In this document: one piece after another, positions 35,429 to 49,654 of the stretch
Layout: each line of letters starts with the position of its first letter
Numbering within the stretch: position 1 is the first letter of the stretch
Source: Hemiscyllium ocellatum
Taxonomy: Eukaryota
Assembly (NCBI RefSeq): GCF_020745735.1
Contig: NC_083406.1
Location: 16,182,001-16,246,000 of the forward strand
Length of the DNA: 64,000 bases
Reading direction: 5' to 3'
Made by a program: the position numbers and the translations under genes
The notes under the pieces: model-generated
Told to the model about the DNA's origin: nothing
Seen by the model: only the letters and a program-made list of their open reading frames with translations
Database searches by the model: none

Positions 35429-36679
35429 TGGAGTGACTTTCAAAATTCTTCGCCATTCCGTAGCTATCTTACAACGAAATACAAATAATTTGCACTCCCT
35501 AACTCCAGGCAACACCACAAGTCACTTACTAATGGCAGAGATATATTATTTCTTAAACTATAACTGTGGGAACGTTGCAAAACGTCTTAATTAGCTGCAA
35601 AGTGCCTTGGGACACCCTGAAGTCGTGAAGTGCAAACATAATATAAAAGCAGAATGCTGTGATGCTAGAAATCCGAAAACAAACACAAGGAAAACTGGGA
35701 AAACTCAGTAGGTCTAACAGAGAGAAACAGGGTTAACGTTTCAAATCAAATATGTCAAGAAGAAATATGGGTATTAAAACTTGAAGTATATTCTTCTCTT
35801 TCCTATTCACTGAGTTGATTTCAAACTAAAACAGTAACAGATGCCAACCTGTCAATCACATTACTTCATAAATTGCGTTGAATTGAAGAGTTTCATGATG
35901 CTAGCACATTTTATTCTGTAAATAGTTCAAATGACTTTGCAAGGGCCCAGCAGTCTTTGATGTACAGCTTTTATAACTGATGCAAACAATATGCAATTCA
36001 TCACAGTTAAATTAAGGTTGCATTGTTTATCATTTATATGGTCAGTAACCACATGATCTATTATGGCAGGTCCGTTTCTTTTATCATTTTGAGATAAATA
36101 TTGACCCTAGATATATTGGTATTATTATTCATGTTGGAGCAGCACTTAAATGCATTATAAAGCGTCTGATTTTCAGAATGTTTGGATTTTACGTCATTCA
36201 AGTAAACATGATCTCCTACAACTTGGCTCATCACTTTGAGAGCATTTCCCAAAGGTCTTTATCACACAACCTCAGGCCTAATTTGTCAGCTGTAGTTCAA
36301 TTGGTTACATTCTTATTTCTGAGTCTGAAGGCCTGAAGCAGAGACTTCTGCATGCGATTGAGGCTGATGCTGTACTGTAGTTCTAAGGGGTTGCTGCACT
36401 GAGTGGTGCTGTCTTTTGGATGAGATGTTAAACTAACATTTAGTCTGTCTGTAACTCATACCATTGAACTATTTTGAGGAATAGATTGAGAGTTCTCACT
36501 GATATCCTAGCCAATATTTATCTGTGAACCGACCAATAAATTAATGGAGTCAGAATATTTGGGTAGTTGTTTTTGACCAGTGCTAGACTTGATGGGCTGA
36601 GAAGCTTTTTTTCTATTCTGTAGAACTCAATGACCCTGAGTACTTTCAGGATATTTTCTTATAACCAAGTATGTTCTAC

Positions 36680-38760
36680 AACCAAGCAGACAGCAGCACC
36701 CATTAATGAGGTCGGATTAATGGATGATCTCAGAGTAAAGGAGCAGCAGTGAACAGAGAGTGAGTGAATTTTACATTCAATTTGAGAAACAGAAGAGTGA
36801 GATTAAGACAAGCATTTTAAATTTAATCAAGGCACTTACAAGGGTATGAAGGCGGCACTGGACAATTTCTCTGAACTGGGAAATAAGGTTAAAAGGAAGG
36901 ATAATAGAGATCCAGTGGCAGCCTTTTAAAGAGATATTTCACCACATTCAGAAAAGATACATTCTAGTGAGAAATACTTACTCTGGGAGAAGGATGCACC
37001 AACCAAGAAATTTAAAGATAGTATCAAATTGAAAGTAAAACCTAATAATTTTGCAAAGATTAGTGCAAAGATTAACACTGAATATTGGACAAAATTTAAA
37101 AACCAGCAAAGAATGGCAAAGAAAAAATTAAGCGGGAGAAATTAGAATATGAGGGAAAGCAAACTAAAAAAACAAGAATAAAAGTTAAGAAATTTTATAA
37201 TTATTTAAGAAATAAAGGAGGCACAACGCGAGAATCTACAGGCCTGTTGGCTGCATATCCTCACAGAGAATTTGCTGCAATCTGTTATTATGAAAGGCAC
37301 TAAAAATATTTTAACATAATGAGGCAGGGTCAACTTGGATTTGTGAAAGGGATATCAAGTTTTACTATTTTGTTAGAGTTCTTTGAGAAAGCAACAAGTA
37401 ACATAGATAAAGTGAAACTTGTCAATGTGTATCTCCAGAAGGTAGATAGAGAAAATAGGAGCAGGAGGACGCCACTCAGCCCTTCAAACCTGCTCCACCA
37501 TTTCTTGTAATCATGGCTGATCATTCAACTCAACAGTCTGTTCCCGATTTTCCCTATATCCTTTGATCCCTTTAGCCTCAAGGGCTATATCCAACTCCTT
37601 CATGAAATCATACAATCTTTGGCCTTGAAGATCATGACACAAAATAAGAGTTCAGGGCCGAACAGGTGAAATATTAGCATGGATAGAGGTTTGATTAGTT
37701 AATGGAAAGCAGGAATAGGATTAATTAGGTATTTTTTCAGTTGGTAAGCTATAATACGTGAAGAGCAACTGGGATCATTGCTGTGGCCTCAACTATTTAC
37801 AATTATTGTAATGATTAAGATGAAGGGATTACATGAACAGTAGCTACATTTTCTAAAAGTATAAAGATAGATAGGATGTAAATTGTGAAGAGGACATGAG
37901 TCGTTTACAAAGCAATATCGACGAATTAAGTGAATTCGTTCTTCCAGGTCTTTTGTTTTATCTTCCTTTCTTCTGTCTCTCTATAAGGAAGATGAATGCT
38001 GGGGAAGTGGAGGAGGGGGCTTGGGTTGGTGGTGGGAATGGGATATGTCCAGTGATGTGGAGAACAGTGAATAGCAAAGTCACACCTCACTGTGTCTGAA
38101 GAGACTATCTACTGTCGACAGGCTTATCCACTCTTTCACTAGTTGCAAATCCAATGGGAGTGGATGAGTATACAAATCACATAGAGTTTTGACCTGGAGG
38201 CTGAGAGATATGAGCCACAACATATCAAGCGCGAGATGAATAAGTATTTGAAAGGGAAACAAAATCTGAAAATGCCACGGGAAATTTGACTAGAATAGGT
38301 GACTCTGGTTGGAATGTGAATTCTTGCACAGGACTCATCTTTATTAATCATCACACCACAGCTGGAATATTGTGCTCAATTCTGGGCACTGCACGTTAAG
38401 AGGATGTCAAGGCCTTGAGAGAGTGTATAGGAGATTTACTATGAGTCATGAACAACTTCGCTTGAGCCAATAAAGAGAAACTTTTCGCTGTTCGGATGGT
38501 CAGTAACCAAAGGTTCATATTTTTAAGGTAAATGGCAAAAGAACCAGAGGAGAGATGAAGAGTTTTGTTTTATTCAGCAAGTTGTTGTGATCTCGAATAT
38601 GCTGCCTGCAAGGGCAATGAACTATAATTTAATGGAAAAGGGAAATTGGATAAATAATTAGCGATGAAAATCAAAGAGGTATTTGGGGAAAGAGGAGGGG
38701 AGGGAGGTTAGTCACAAGCATGATGGGCTGAATGGCCTCCTTTGCATATAAAATTCTATA
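36680..38760 (+). mobile_element. Highly degenerate CR1 LINE with nested fragments
   Basis: QGQLGFVKGISSFTILLEFFEKATSNIDK, MSRLQSNIDELSE and LEYCAQFW-like remnants in order; many stops. Confidence 0.7.
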
Positions 38761-40564
38761 ACTCATGTCATGCTGTCATCTCTGTGAGACAGCATTAATT
38801 CCTACTGGTTTTTCAATGCCAACAAATGTCCTTTTGAACTTCAAAGCAGACTTGGACAGGTTGCACTTGTAAGTGGCAGTTTATATGGAGCAATCAGGAT
38901 ATTTCCATGGAAACGCAAAGCATTTGCATGATGGACTAACTGAGATGAATGTTCATTTTTATAGAGTGCCACAGATGTTTGGATATTAAATTAAGTCCAT
39001 GTGTTGGTAGAAAGCTGAGCGATTGTCGAATCTGGTTCAGGGTATGGTTCACAGCTCATGTAAACATTTATGGAACTGTAATGCGATGAATCACACGAGA
39101 AACTCAACCTCACAGTGTGGTTGTGAGCTCCACCCACACCCTTCCTCCTACTTGAAGAAGTGGATGTGTTTTTGTCAAATTTGAGGCTAGCTGCCGCGAG
39201 GTCATAAGTTTGTAACACTTGGGCTTCATGTCCATTGGCGAGGGGGTAGTGTGAAGCAATGGATCACAATGGAATGGTTAAAATGGCTCACAGCAATTTG
39301 AAGCAAGATTTGCTTTAGGGAGGAAGAAGTACTCTCACTGAAATGATTTAGTTTGTGTACTGGTTTCGGCTGGCTTTCAAAAAGTAATTGGATAGGCACC
39401 TGCAGGGAAACCGCTGTAGGTAGGACTATGGGGAAAAATAGGAAATTAGGCTAGGCAAGTTGTTTTTACAGGAAGCTAGCATGGGGTTGATGAGGTGAAT
39501 TATTTGCTGTGTTGTAACTCTGCCTTTAGTCAGAGGCTGGATTGTTCTCCCTCATCCGTCCTCAAACCAGCATGGAAGTGACAAAAATAGAAGGAAAGTC
39601 CAGCTGTGAGGCCTATTGGTGTTTTAGGGCATGACTTGCCCCTTCCTGGAGATGGCACATAATCAGTTGAGTTTACCCTGGGGAAATACATACACCTTTC
39701 TTGCAACCTCTATAATTCATTGCTGGGGGTAAAGGTCGTGTGTGATCACCTTCATTCACCACCAAGCAAGAGCTTTAAGTGATAAATTAATTGTCAATTA
39801 AATACTTAAATTGTCATCATCTTATTGATTGGTGGAGTAGGCTTGAACAGTCAAGTGCTCCTGTTCTTTCTCTTCTTATAAGCATTAAGAATGATGTTGC
39901 TAGGATAACAACCATATTGGGTGCTTCTGACAAAACTGTCAAAGGAACTCATTACAATAGAAACTATATTAAGTAGGTGAGTGCTTAGCTATGAAATTAC
40001 TGCTTTAAGCTGCAAGCTGGCCTTTGAATCAAGATGAATGCTCCATGACAACCGGTTATACATGCTATTGATTACATTTACACAAACCATATTATCCAAG
40101 TTTACATAGTATTGAATCAGTTAAAGGAATGCAATGGAACTACAAGCGACATTTAAATAGATTAACTCTCACTCCAACAAAATCCTAAATGTCTCAAATT
40201 AGTGAGACCGACTGATTTCAGTGTTCTGGTTAAGATTGATCCATCAAAAAAGAAACAGTACTAAAACTAGGATTTTCAAAGTGTACAGTTTCCCAACACA
40301 CCGCCAATAAGAAATACAAAGAAGAAATTTGAAACAAACCCAGAAAATGCTGGAGAAACTCAGCGGGTCTGACAGCATCTATGAAGAGAGAAACAGAATT
40401 AATACTTTGAGTCCTGTGTGACTCTTCTTCAGAATTAATCTGTCCAGTGAGATTCAAAATATAATTCTATATACAAATGAAATGGGTTTGTTAGTGAATG
40501 CATCTAACCACTTTAGCACAGATGAATTAATGGCATAGAATAAACAGCACACAGCAACAGGTCA

Positions 40565-43500
40565 GTTTGGGGAGGCTGTGGTAATGTCACTGGATTATTA
40601 CAGAATTTGAGGTTCAAAACCTACTATGGCAATTGTGAAGTTTGAATTCAATAAAAATGTGGAATGTGGTTGACTCTTAATTGCTCTCTGAAAAGGCTTT
40701 GAAAACCACTCAGTTGTATCAAAACTGCAGCAAAGTTTATCAAAAGAAGAAAACCACAGTTGAAGCACCTGGCATTGAGCTCTGCACCAAAAATGATAAC
40801 ACAGTCATCAACCCCATAAAGTCCTCCTCACCAACATCTGGAAGATGAGCTAAAATTGGGAAAGCTGTCCCACAAAGACACCAAGGAATAGTCTGACATA
40901 GTCATATTTACAGAAATATACCTTCCAAAGTCACAGAAAATACCAACATTATTATCATTCCTAGGTAAGCCGTGTCCTGTCAGCTGGACAGACCCATTGG
41001 AGGTGACTTTAAGGTAGTTCACTGTCAAGGCCCTGGGAGTCCTCAGATTTCAATCTGGACCCCAGGAAGTCTTATGACATCAGATCAAACACAGGCAAGG
41101 ACACCTCCTGCTGATTACAATCGACTGCACCCTGTTAGCTAATGAACCAATACTCCTTCATTTTGAACAACACTTAGAGGAAACACTGAGGATGGTAAGG
41201 GTATGGAGTGTACTTTCACTGTCCATCCCCAATAGTAGTTTGAACTCCAAAACTGACAGAGCTGGTTGAGTTCCAAAAGACATAGCTGCTAGACTGAGTC
41301 TGTGGCTGGTGGTGAAAAAACAAGAGGGATAAATCTACTTGAGCGCATCTTCACCAATGCATCTGTCCATGACAGTCTTGAGACCAGTGACCACTGCATT
41401 GTTCTTGTGGTCCCAGCTTCATCTTGAGGATACAATGGCACCGCTACTGTGTTAAATGGGGATAGATGTCCATGCAGAGCTGTAGGTCATCAACAGCAGC
41501 AGAATTATATTCAACCACAAACTGTAACTGCATGGCCTGGCATATCCCCCACTCTGCCATTACCATCAAGAGGAAGCAACATGAGGTAGACAAAGCTAAG
41601 CAATCCCACAACCAATACACTAGATCTCACGGGCGGCACGGTGGCACAGTGGTTAGCACTGCTGCCTCACAGCGCCTGAGACCCGGGTTCAATTCCCGCC
41701 TCAGGTGACTGACTGTGTGGAGTTTGCACATTCTCCCCGTGTCTGCGTGGGTTTCCTCCGGGTGCTCCGGTCTCCTTCCACAGTCCAAAGATGTGCGGGT
41801 CAGGTGAATTGGCCATGCTAAATTGCCCGTAGTGTTAGGTAAGGGGTAGATGTAGGGGTATGGGTGGGTTGCGCTTCAGCGGGTCGGTGTGCACTTGTTG
41901 GGCCGAAGGGCCTGTTTCCACACTGTAAGTAATCTAATCTAATCTAAGCTCTGCTGTCCTGCCACATCCCACATGATTGGTGGGATCAAATAATCAACCA
42001 ACAGGAAGTGGAGACTCCACCAATATCCTCATCTTCAATGACGGGGATGACCAGCACACCAATGTTTAAAAAAAAGGTCTAAAGTGCTGAGTCTATGATC
42101 GATCCTTGCCACCTCCTGAGGTTCCCAGCATTTCAGTTGGCAGTCGTCAACCAATCTGTTCCACTCTATATAATATTAAAATTTGGTTGCAGATGCTAGA
42201 AACTGCAAAAGTCTATGCTCACTAACAACATCCTAGCAATAGTACTAAAAACTTGTGCTCCAGAACTAACTGTGTCCCTAACCAAGTTGTTCCAGTTCAC
42301 CCACAATGTTGTTATCTACCCAACAATGTGGAAAATTGTCCAGGTATGCAATGTAAAGCAGAACAAATACCACTCTATCTGACTATTCTTGATCAGCAGC
42401 AAAGTGATGGAAAGGGCTTTAGATAGTGCGATCAAATGTCACTTGCAAAGGAACCTGCTCACTCAATTCAGTTTCGGTTCTGCCAGGGCCACACAGCTCT
42501 TGACTACATTACAGTCTTGGTCTAAATATAGACAACAGAACCAAACTCCAGTGCTGCCCGTAACATCAAAGCCACATTCTGTCGAGCATAGAATAAAATC
42601 GCCCTAGTGATATTAGAGGCAATGGTAATTGGGGAACATTCTCCACTGATTGGAAGGTGTCATCAAAGACCCTTAGTAAAACTGGAATAAATAATAATCA
42701 AGGTGAAAATACTTCGCAGGTGTAAGTTATACTTAATACAAAGGAAGATGGTTGTAATTGTTGCAGTCGGTCATCTTCACTCCAGGACATTTCTGCAGGA
42801 GTTCCTCAGAGTAGTGTCAGGCCCCATCTGCAGTGGTTTCATCAATAACTTCCTCTCCTTTGTAGGATCAGAGCTGGGCTTGTTTGCCCAATGTTCAATA
42901 CCATTTGTGGCTCCTCAGATACTGAAGCAATCCATGTCCATTTGTCATCAGTCATGGACTAAATCCAGACTTGAATTGACAAGTGGCAAGTAACATCTGT
43001 GCAACACAAGTGCCAAGCAATGACCATGTCTAACCAGAGAGAATTTATGCATTCCCCCTTTGAAGTTCAATGGCATTACCATCACCATTCCCCACTATCA
43101 ACATCCTGGGATTTACTATTAATCAGGTATTTATATATTGTGGCTACAAGAGCCAATCAAAGACTAGGAATTCTGCATCGGGTTACTCACAGACCTGTGT
43201 TCCCAGAGCTTCTCCACTATCTTCCGGGCTCAAGGTAAGTATGATGAAAGATTCTCCATTTGCCATATGGGTATACCTCAAACAACACTCAAAAAAACTC
43301 AACGCAATCCAGGACTAAGTGGCTGACTTGATTAATTCCCAATCCAGTATCTTCAATATTCACGCCCTTCATCACTGAGGCACGGTGACAGCAGTGTGTA
43401 TCATCTACAAGATGTACTGCTGTAATTCACTAAGGTACTGTGACAGCCCTTCTAAACCCGTGGTCTTTTCCACATGGAAGGGCATGGGAACAGTGATGCC
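40565..43500 (+). mobile_element. Degenerate CR1/L2-group LINE (EN and RT remnants)
   Basis: ACTTGTGCTCCAGAACTA, ISSKVME, YLIQRKMVVIV remnants; 3' part similar to 6905-7515. Confidence 0.65.
41631..41946 (+). mobile_element. HE1/V-SINE, young full-length copy nested in a LINE
   Basis: GGGCGGCACGGTGGCACAGTGGTTAGCACT...; CpGs retained; (AATCT)n tail. Confidence 0.93.
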
Positions 43501-44529
43501 CCGTCCCAAGAACAAATTGGTCTTTACTGGTGTTGATGCTCCATGTGTGGGCCTCCTCAAAACAAAAATCCTACTGCTTTAATGATAGGTAAATGAAAAA
43601 TTCAAAAATGGGGTTTGTACATCTTTTTGTTAACCCCATGTATTAAGAATTATGGAACAGTTACACAAAGCTAAGATCAAATCAGCCTTGATTCTAATTC
43701 TTGGGTTTGTAGGTTAAATGAGATTCCTTTTGAACTGCCTGGCAGCACTTGGAGAGTGTCTTTCACATTGTGTTACCTGCAGCGCAAAGGTGTTTAAATG
43801 ACAGTTTATAAAGCTATGGCTATCACAGTACTCATTCCATGCACAAAGATATCTGGTCAATGACAGACTGCTGTTGTCATCAGTATTTAACCCTTGTTTT
43901 TTGTACTTCCCTGGAGGGCGAAACAGACATATCAGCAAGAGGTGGCTTTGGGCTGAGAGGGGGAGATAATCAGTCACCACATGACCTCTTCTTATTGGGT
44001 CTCCCTGTTTGACGTTTCTCAGACTCTTTACAAATGTGACATGCTATTATCTTCACACAGAACTTTGCCAGACAGTTATTTAATTTATATCTGAAGTTTT
44101 TTTTTCCCTTTTCCACTAACAGATACTTTTTAAAGGAAAATGCATTCTGGAATTAAAAACAGAAAAATATCTGCAGATAAAATAACAGATAAATACTGCA
44201 GGGTCCTGATCCATCATTGTAACAAAAGGCTTGAAGGACCAAATGGTGCTCCCAGAGTTCATTTACTTAATGGCTATTTGATCTAGATATAAAAAGTAAG
44301 ACTTCTCATCGCCAATATATGCTCATCGGTTTATCTGTCAAGCTGCAAGTAGTATGAGAGATAAAATGCTGCCATTGAAAGAACTTAAAGCCAGTTTGAT
44401 TATTCTATTGGGATGATTGTATGCCTGAGTAACTTGTCTATTTTAAGATCTAATTGGGAGCGGACTTTATAAAACCATCAGGTACAGATTGAATGGTTTG
44501 AGAGAACTACACTGGTCCCTGTTCTCTTT

Positions 44530-45304
44530 AGATAAATGTAAGGTGTTGCATTTTGGAAAAACAAATCAGAGCAGGATTTAATGGTAAGGTCCTAGGGAGT
44601 GTTGCTAAACAAAGAAACCTTGGAGTGCAGGTTCATACTTCTGTGAAAGTAGAGTCGTAGACAGAAAGGATAGTGAAGAAGGCATTTGGTATGCTTTCCT
44701 CTTTTGGTCAAAATATTGAATAGACGAGTTGTGATGTCATGTTGCGGCTGTGCTGGACATTGGTTAGGCCACTTTTGGAATATTGCATGCAACTTTGGTA
44801 TCCTTACTATCGGAAAGAAGTTGTGAAACTTGAAAGGGTTCAGAAAAAATTTACAAGGATGTTGCCAGAGTTGGAAGATCTGAGCTATACAGAGAGGCTG
44901 AACAGGCTGGGGCTGTTTTCCCTGAAGCGTAGGAGGCTGAGGGGTGACCTTATAGAAGTTTACAAAATTATGAGGGGCATGGATAGGAGAAATGGACAAA
45001 GTCTTTTCCCTGGGGTCGGGGAGTCCAGAACTAGGGGGCATAGGTTTAGGGTGAGAGGGGAAAGTTATAAAAGAGACCTAAGGGACAACATTTGCACACA
45101 GAGGGTGGTATGTGTATGGAATGAGCTGCCAGAGGAAGTAGTGGAGGCAATTACAGCATTTAAAAGGCGTCTGGATGGGTATATGAATAGGAAGAGTTTA
45201 GAGGGATATGAGCCAAGTGCCGGCAAGTGGGACTAGATTAGATTAGGATCTGGACGGGTTCGACCGAAGGGTCTGCTTCGTGCTGTACTTCTCTATGACT
45301 CTAT
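44530..45304 (+). mobile_element. CR1 LINE 3' end
   Basis: ORF 44739..45236 LVRPLLEYC..W.P...LERVQKKFTRM...RRRLRGDLIEVYKIM; CTCTATGACTCTAT tail. Confidence 0.92.
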
Positions 45305-45341
45305 TGAACAATTCCATTTTTGCTTTAACCTTCTCTTGCAG

Positions 45342-45422
45342 GTCAAGGATGCAAAGTCAACAGTTGACAACCATTCTCCTGAGACCTATTCTCATCTTAA
45401 TTTGAAATTTAAGAAGCTGAAG
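45342..45422 (+). CDS. CFAP97D2: CFAP97D2-like exon 2 (VKDAKSTVDNHSPETYSHLNLKFKKLK)
   Basis: Polypyrimidine tract + TTGCAG acceptor, 81 nt, GTAATG donor, phase 0/0. The VDN..P...HL....KK pattern is typical of the CFAP97 domain. Confidence 0.88.
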
Positions 45423-45481
45423 GTAATGCCTGTAATCTCCTGCTGTCTCTTATTGCCTTCAATCCTTTTACCTTTTCTTAT

Positions 45482-45672
45482 TCCTCCGGGTGCTCTGGTT
45501 TCCTCCCACAGTCCAAAGATGTGCGGATCAGGTGAATTGGCCATGCTAAATTGCCCGTAGTGTTAGATAGGGGTAAATGTAGGGGTATGGGTGGGTTGCG
45601 CTTCGGCGGGTCGGTGTGGACTTGTTGGGCCGAAGGGCCTGTTTCCACACTGTAAGTCTAATCTAATCTAAT
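45482..45672 (+). mobile_element. 5'-truncated HE1/V-SINE
   Basis: Near-identical to 41755-41946. Confidence 0.9.
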
Positions 45673-45959
45673 CTTATTGTTACTGATGTGAGGATATTCA
45701 TTTCAGACTGCATTTTCCAGTGTCCATGTGACCGAGATGGGAAACATATCCAATAGAAACAATAGTCTCTAAAAACTTAAGTGAAGCCAAAGAAAATGTA
45801 CAAATTGTAAATGGAACCTATCGGATGCATCTACCTGTTTTGAACTGCAGTGCTAGAAGTGATCATCCAATAGAGATTTTACTGTGTAGATGCAGAAATG
45901 ATCTTTCCACTTGTGGACAGAACTCAACAACAGGGACTATCAATACAAGATGGTCATTA

Positions 45960-47050
45960 ATGGTGTTTTGAGAATGCAAGTAGTGAGGTAGGTAAAATAG
46001 ATGTAGTATGTCTGGTTTTCTAAAGGCTTCGGAAAGTTAAAGATAATAGCTCTTGGAGTTAGAGATAATATATTTACAAAGACAGAGGATTGATTAACAC
46101 TCAGGAAGTGGAAAAATGAGCATTTAAAAGTTGAAAAGGCGATAAATAGTGGAGTGCCTCAAGGATCGGTGCTGGAGCCTCAACTATTTATAATTTTGAT
46201 TAATGACTTAGATGAAAAGATCAAGAGTAATTTGCCCAAATTTGTTGAGAATGCAAAGGCAGGTGGAAAGCAAAATTGTGAGGAGGACACAAAGCTGCTG
46301 CAAAAGGAGATGTAGGCAGCAGTTAAGTGAGCAGACAAGATGGCAGATGGAGTATAATGTGTGTATAACGTGTTCACCTACATTGTAAAGTAGAAAATCA
46401 GATTGTTTTTAAAAAGACGTGACTCTTCTAAGTGCTGATGTTCAAAAAGACTTGGTGTGATTGCACAAGTTACACAGCAAGTTAGTATATCGGAACAGCA
46501 AGCAATGAAAAAGGTAAATAGCATGTTTATCTTTATTGCTAGGGGATTGGAGTAAATGAATTTAAAAGACTTGTCACAATTGTACAGAGTTTTGCTGAGA
46601 GCACACTCGGAATATTGCGTGTAGTTTTAGTCTCCACATTTATGATAAGGACGTACTTGCATTGCAGTTGGTACAGTGGTGATTCATTAAATTGTCCCCG
46701 AAACGAGGAAGCTAACCTGTGTTGAGAAGCTGGCTAAATTGGGCCTACATTCTCTGGAGTTTAGAAAAATGAGAAGCGATCTATTTGAAACATACAACGT
46801 TCTGAAGAGGTTGATAACGTAGATGCTGAGAAGTTGTTTCCGCTTGTCAGGGAATTTAAAACACATGGGCAGAGTCTCGGGATAAGGGGCCAATCATCGT
46901 GGTTTTGCAGGAAGCTAGATAAACACTAGGGAGAAATGAATGGAAGAATATGCTGATATGATGAGGTGAAGTATTATGGCTTGTGTGGAGCATAGGCCCC
47001 AGTGGACACAATTGGGCTGATTAGCTCGTTTCTGTGCTATAGATTTTATG
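45960..47050 (+). mobile_element. Old CR1 LINE fragment
   Basis: AGTGGAGTGCCTCAAGGATCGGTGCTGG (SGVPQGSVL) and downstream RT remnants. Confidence 0.75.
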
Positions 47051-47529
47051 TTTCGACATATATATCGGTATTGACTACAAATTGATTGGAATACAGAAAA
47101 TTTAGCAAAACATCTTCTGTCTCTGAATACAGCTGCTGACCATGTTTATGCACACAGCTCTCTCACAATGCACCAGGAATGCTGGTTCAGCTTTTATGTA
47201 ACCAGATTGTGTTAAGATGTGGAAAATGTTTTAATGCTGTTGAATGATGCTGGGAAACAGTGGGGAGCATGTGGTGTGCAGTACTGAAATCAGTGAGATG
47301 CCCAGTTAACACATTTTCCCATGCTCTGATAGCAGCAAGCAGTTTTGTTTGTCAATGGGACAGCAAACATGTCAGGATGAAACATTGGTGGACCGTAACT
47401 GGAATTCGTGCCATCAGGATGTGCGAGTCTCTAGGGCTAAATTCTGGAATGTGAAATTGTTCCATCATTTTTAAAATTTAACCTCCCCCCACCCCATTCC
47501 CTCTCCTCATCTCCTGAAGATGCAGTCAT

Positions 47530-48035
47530 GCTGAATCCCAGTTCAAGTCCCACTTCAGACAAGTGATCGCATAATCTATGCTGACATTTGCCATGATGTA
47601 CTGAGGTCGTGCTGTACTGACCAAGGATAATATCTTTCAGACAGGATGATCCCACTGACAGATCCCAGATATTTGTGTGAGATCCCATGGTACACCTTGA
47701 AGAGGAGTAGGAGAGTACTCATGGTTTCAGGGACAATATTTATCCCCATCAACATCACTAAAAATAGATTATCTGGTCATTAACATACTGCTGATTCTGA
47801 TATTAGAAAAGTGCAAAATGTTGGAAATACTCAGCAGGTCAGGTAGCACCTGTGGAGAGTAAAACAGAATTAGGTTTTCAGGTCAATGACCTTGAATGAA
47901 AATTGCTGTAAATGGGAGTTTGCTGTAGGCAAATTGGTTTCCTAAATGCTAACAATGACTACACTTCAAAAGTAATTACTTACTCGAATATATTTTGGGA
48001 CACCACGAGATTATGAAAGGCAGTGTATAAGTGTA
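47530..48035 (+). mobile_element. Deu-domain SINE with nested Penelope-derived arm
   Basis: GTTCAAGTCCCACT.CAGA, AGATCCCATGG, CAATATTTATCCC..AACATCACTAAAA.AGATTATCTGGTCATT, TGACTACACTTCAAAAGTA. Confidence 0.7.
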
Positions 48036-48201
48036 ATGTCAAGTCATTTTTCTGAGAGTTCTCTGGAGCACGTTTCTGTAACAATCAGCCCTGACCAGAA
48101 AGTCAGATTCATCTCCTTAAATGTAAAGTATGAATGTATTATTTCCCACAAAGAATGCAGTCAAAAGGTATTAATTGTATTTTATATACTGTATATCACA
48201 G

Positions 48202-48320
48202 CTTGAGGAAGATAGACTGTCCATCATTGAAAGAGATAACCAGCTGTTGCTTCAAAAGATGTCAACAATCATGAGGACCACAGGCCGAATTGACAATAAA
48301 AATGAGTATAAATTGAAAAG
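48202..48320 (+). CDS. CFAP97D2: CFAP97D2-like exon 3 (LEEDRLSIIERDNQLLLQKMSTIMRTTGRIDNKNEYKLK)
   Basis: CACAG acceptor, 119 nt, GTAATG donor (phase 2). Contains the IERDNxLLLxKM core motif of the CFAP97 domain. Confidence 0.9.
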
Positions 48321-49654
48321 GTAATGTTTCTGACTTCTGTTTGTCCTTCCTGGTTGTGCATTCTGACAATAAGTATTTAGATGTGTTCCGAGGATTGAGT
48401 GTTCCTTGTAGCTCCCTGCAGCAAGTAGCATACCTGAAGTTTTATGTTTTTAAAATTAAATGTCTATGGTTACCAATGCCTGTCAAGTCCTCAGGAATTA
48501 AAAAATGTTTTTATTTTCACCAAATTACCCAGCAAAAAAGAAGGCCAATAAGTCGAATATGTCTCCGTTGGCTCTTTGAAAAAGTTATCCTGTTGATCCT
48601 AACCTTGCCCTGGTCTTTACCCATATTCTTGCAAAAAGGAAAAATCTCCTCAAATATATATCCACCTCCTGTTTAGTAGCACTTCCAGATCTTGACAAGA
48701 TGTTAGGTCAGATTATAACCTCATGTTGCCTTTGATTCTTTTTCCAATTAACTTGAATCTGGTGACTGATGCTCCTACTGGAAACATTTTCTCATTTACT
48801 TCAGCAAACCTCTTCCTGACTTTGAACAATCCTCCCATTAAATCTCCCCCTAACCTTTTCTGCTCTGAGCAGAACAATCCCAGCTTTTCCAGACTCCCAA
48901 TATAACTAAAAGTTCCTTGTCTGTGGAACATGAACATCACTGGCAGCTTGGGACAGACATGGACTGAACACAGTGCAAGTCCAAGCTATTAATGTTTATT
49001 AATGTTTAAACTGTAAACAGAAGCTAGGTAGACCAAGGCTTCTCCAATGCCGTTTTCCATTAGGTTTCAAATCTGTGGGATCTGACGTCAATATAACATA
49101 GCTACTGAACAAATGCGTAAGGAACTATTATTCATGTTGAGGTGTAGTTAACCCTTTAATCTACATCCAGATATTATTCTAATAATTCTTATCTGCACTC
49201 TCTCCATGTCCTTCTTAAAGTTTGAAATACAGAAGTAGATGCAATGGACTGGTGGAGAGAACAGGATGGTTGGAGGCAAGAGGTCATGTAAGAAAACTCA
49301 AGGAACTCTACTTCCAACCAGAGCTGGCAACTCAACTGCACGTCAGCTTGCTGGAAATTCTGGTTGAAATAGGATACTGACAAGGCCTAATAGTGACAGG
49401 GAATGTAGAAACCATTAGAATAGTTTGCCAACCTTGTCTCTGTCATAGTGCGATTCAGCAATTATACTTGAGTTTACCTACTTCCAGTACTGTACCAAGA
49501 GGGTAACACAGAAATACTGACTTAGGGATGAAACGTTAAACTGAGGCTTATCGGTCCTCTCCATTTCACATAAAGGATCCCACGGCCCTAATATGATTAA
49601 GAGCAAGAGAGATTTTTCAGTATTCTAGCCAGTATTTCCTCAAGGCAGATGAAG

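Noticed and set aside
39776-39810. AT-rich imperfect palindrome TTAAGT...TTAATTGTCAATTAA...ACTTAA
   Set aside because: Short and AT-rich; could be chance or a remnant of an old MITE; insufficient support.
41631-41705. tRNA-like sequence with A/B boxes (also at other HE1 heads and ~11820-11910)
   Set aside because: These are SINE heads that continue into V-domain or LINE-derived tails; they are not standalone tRNA genes.
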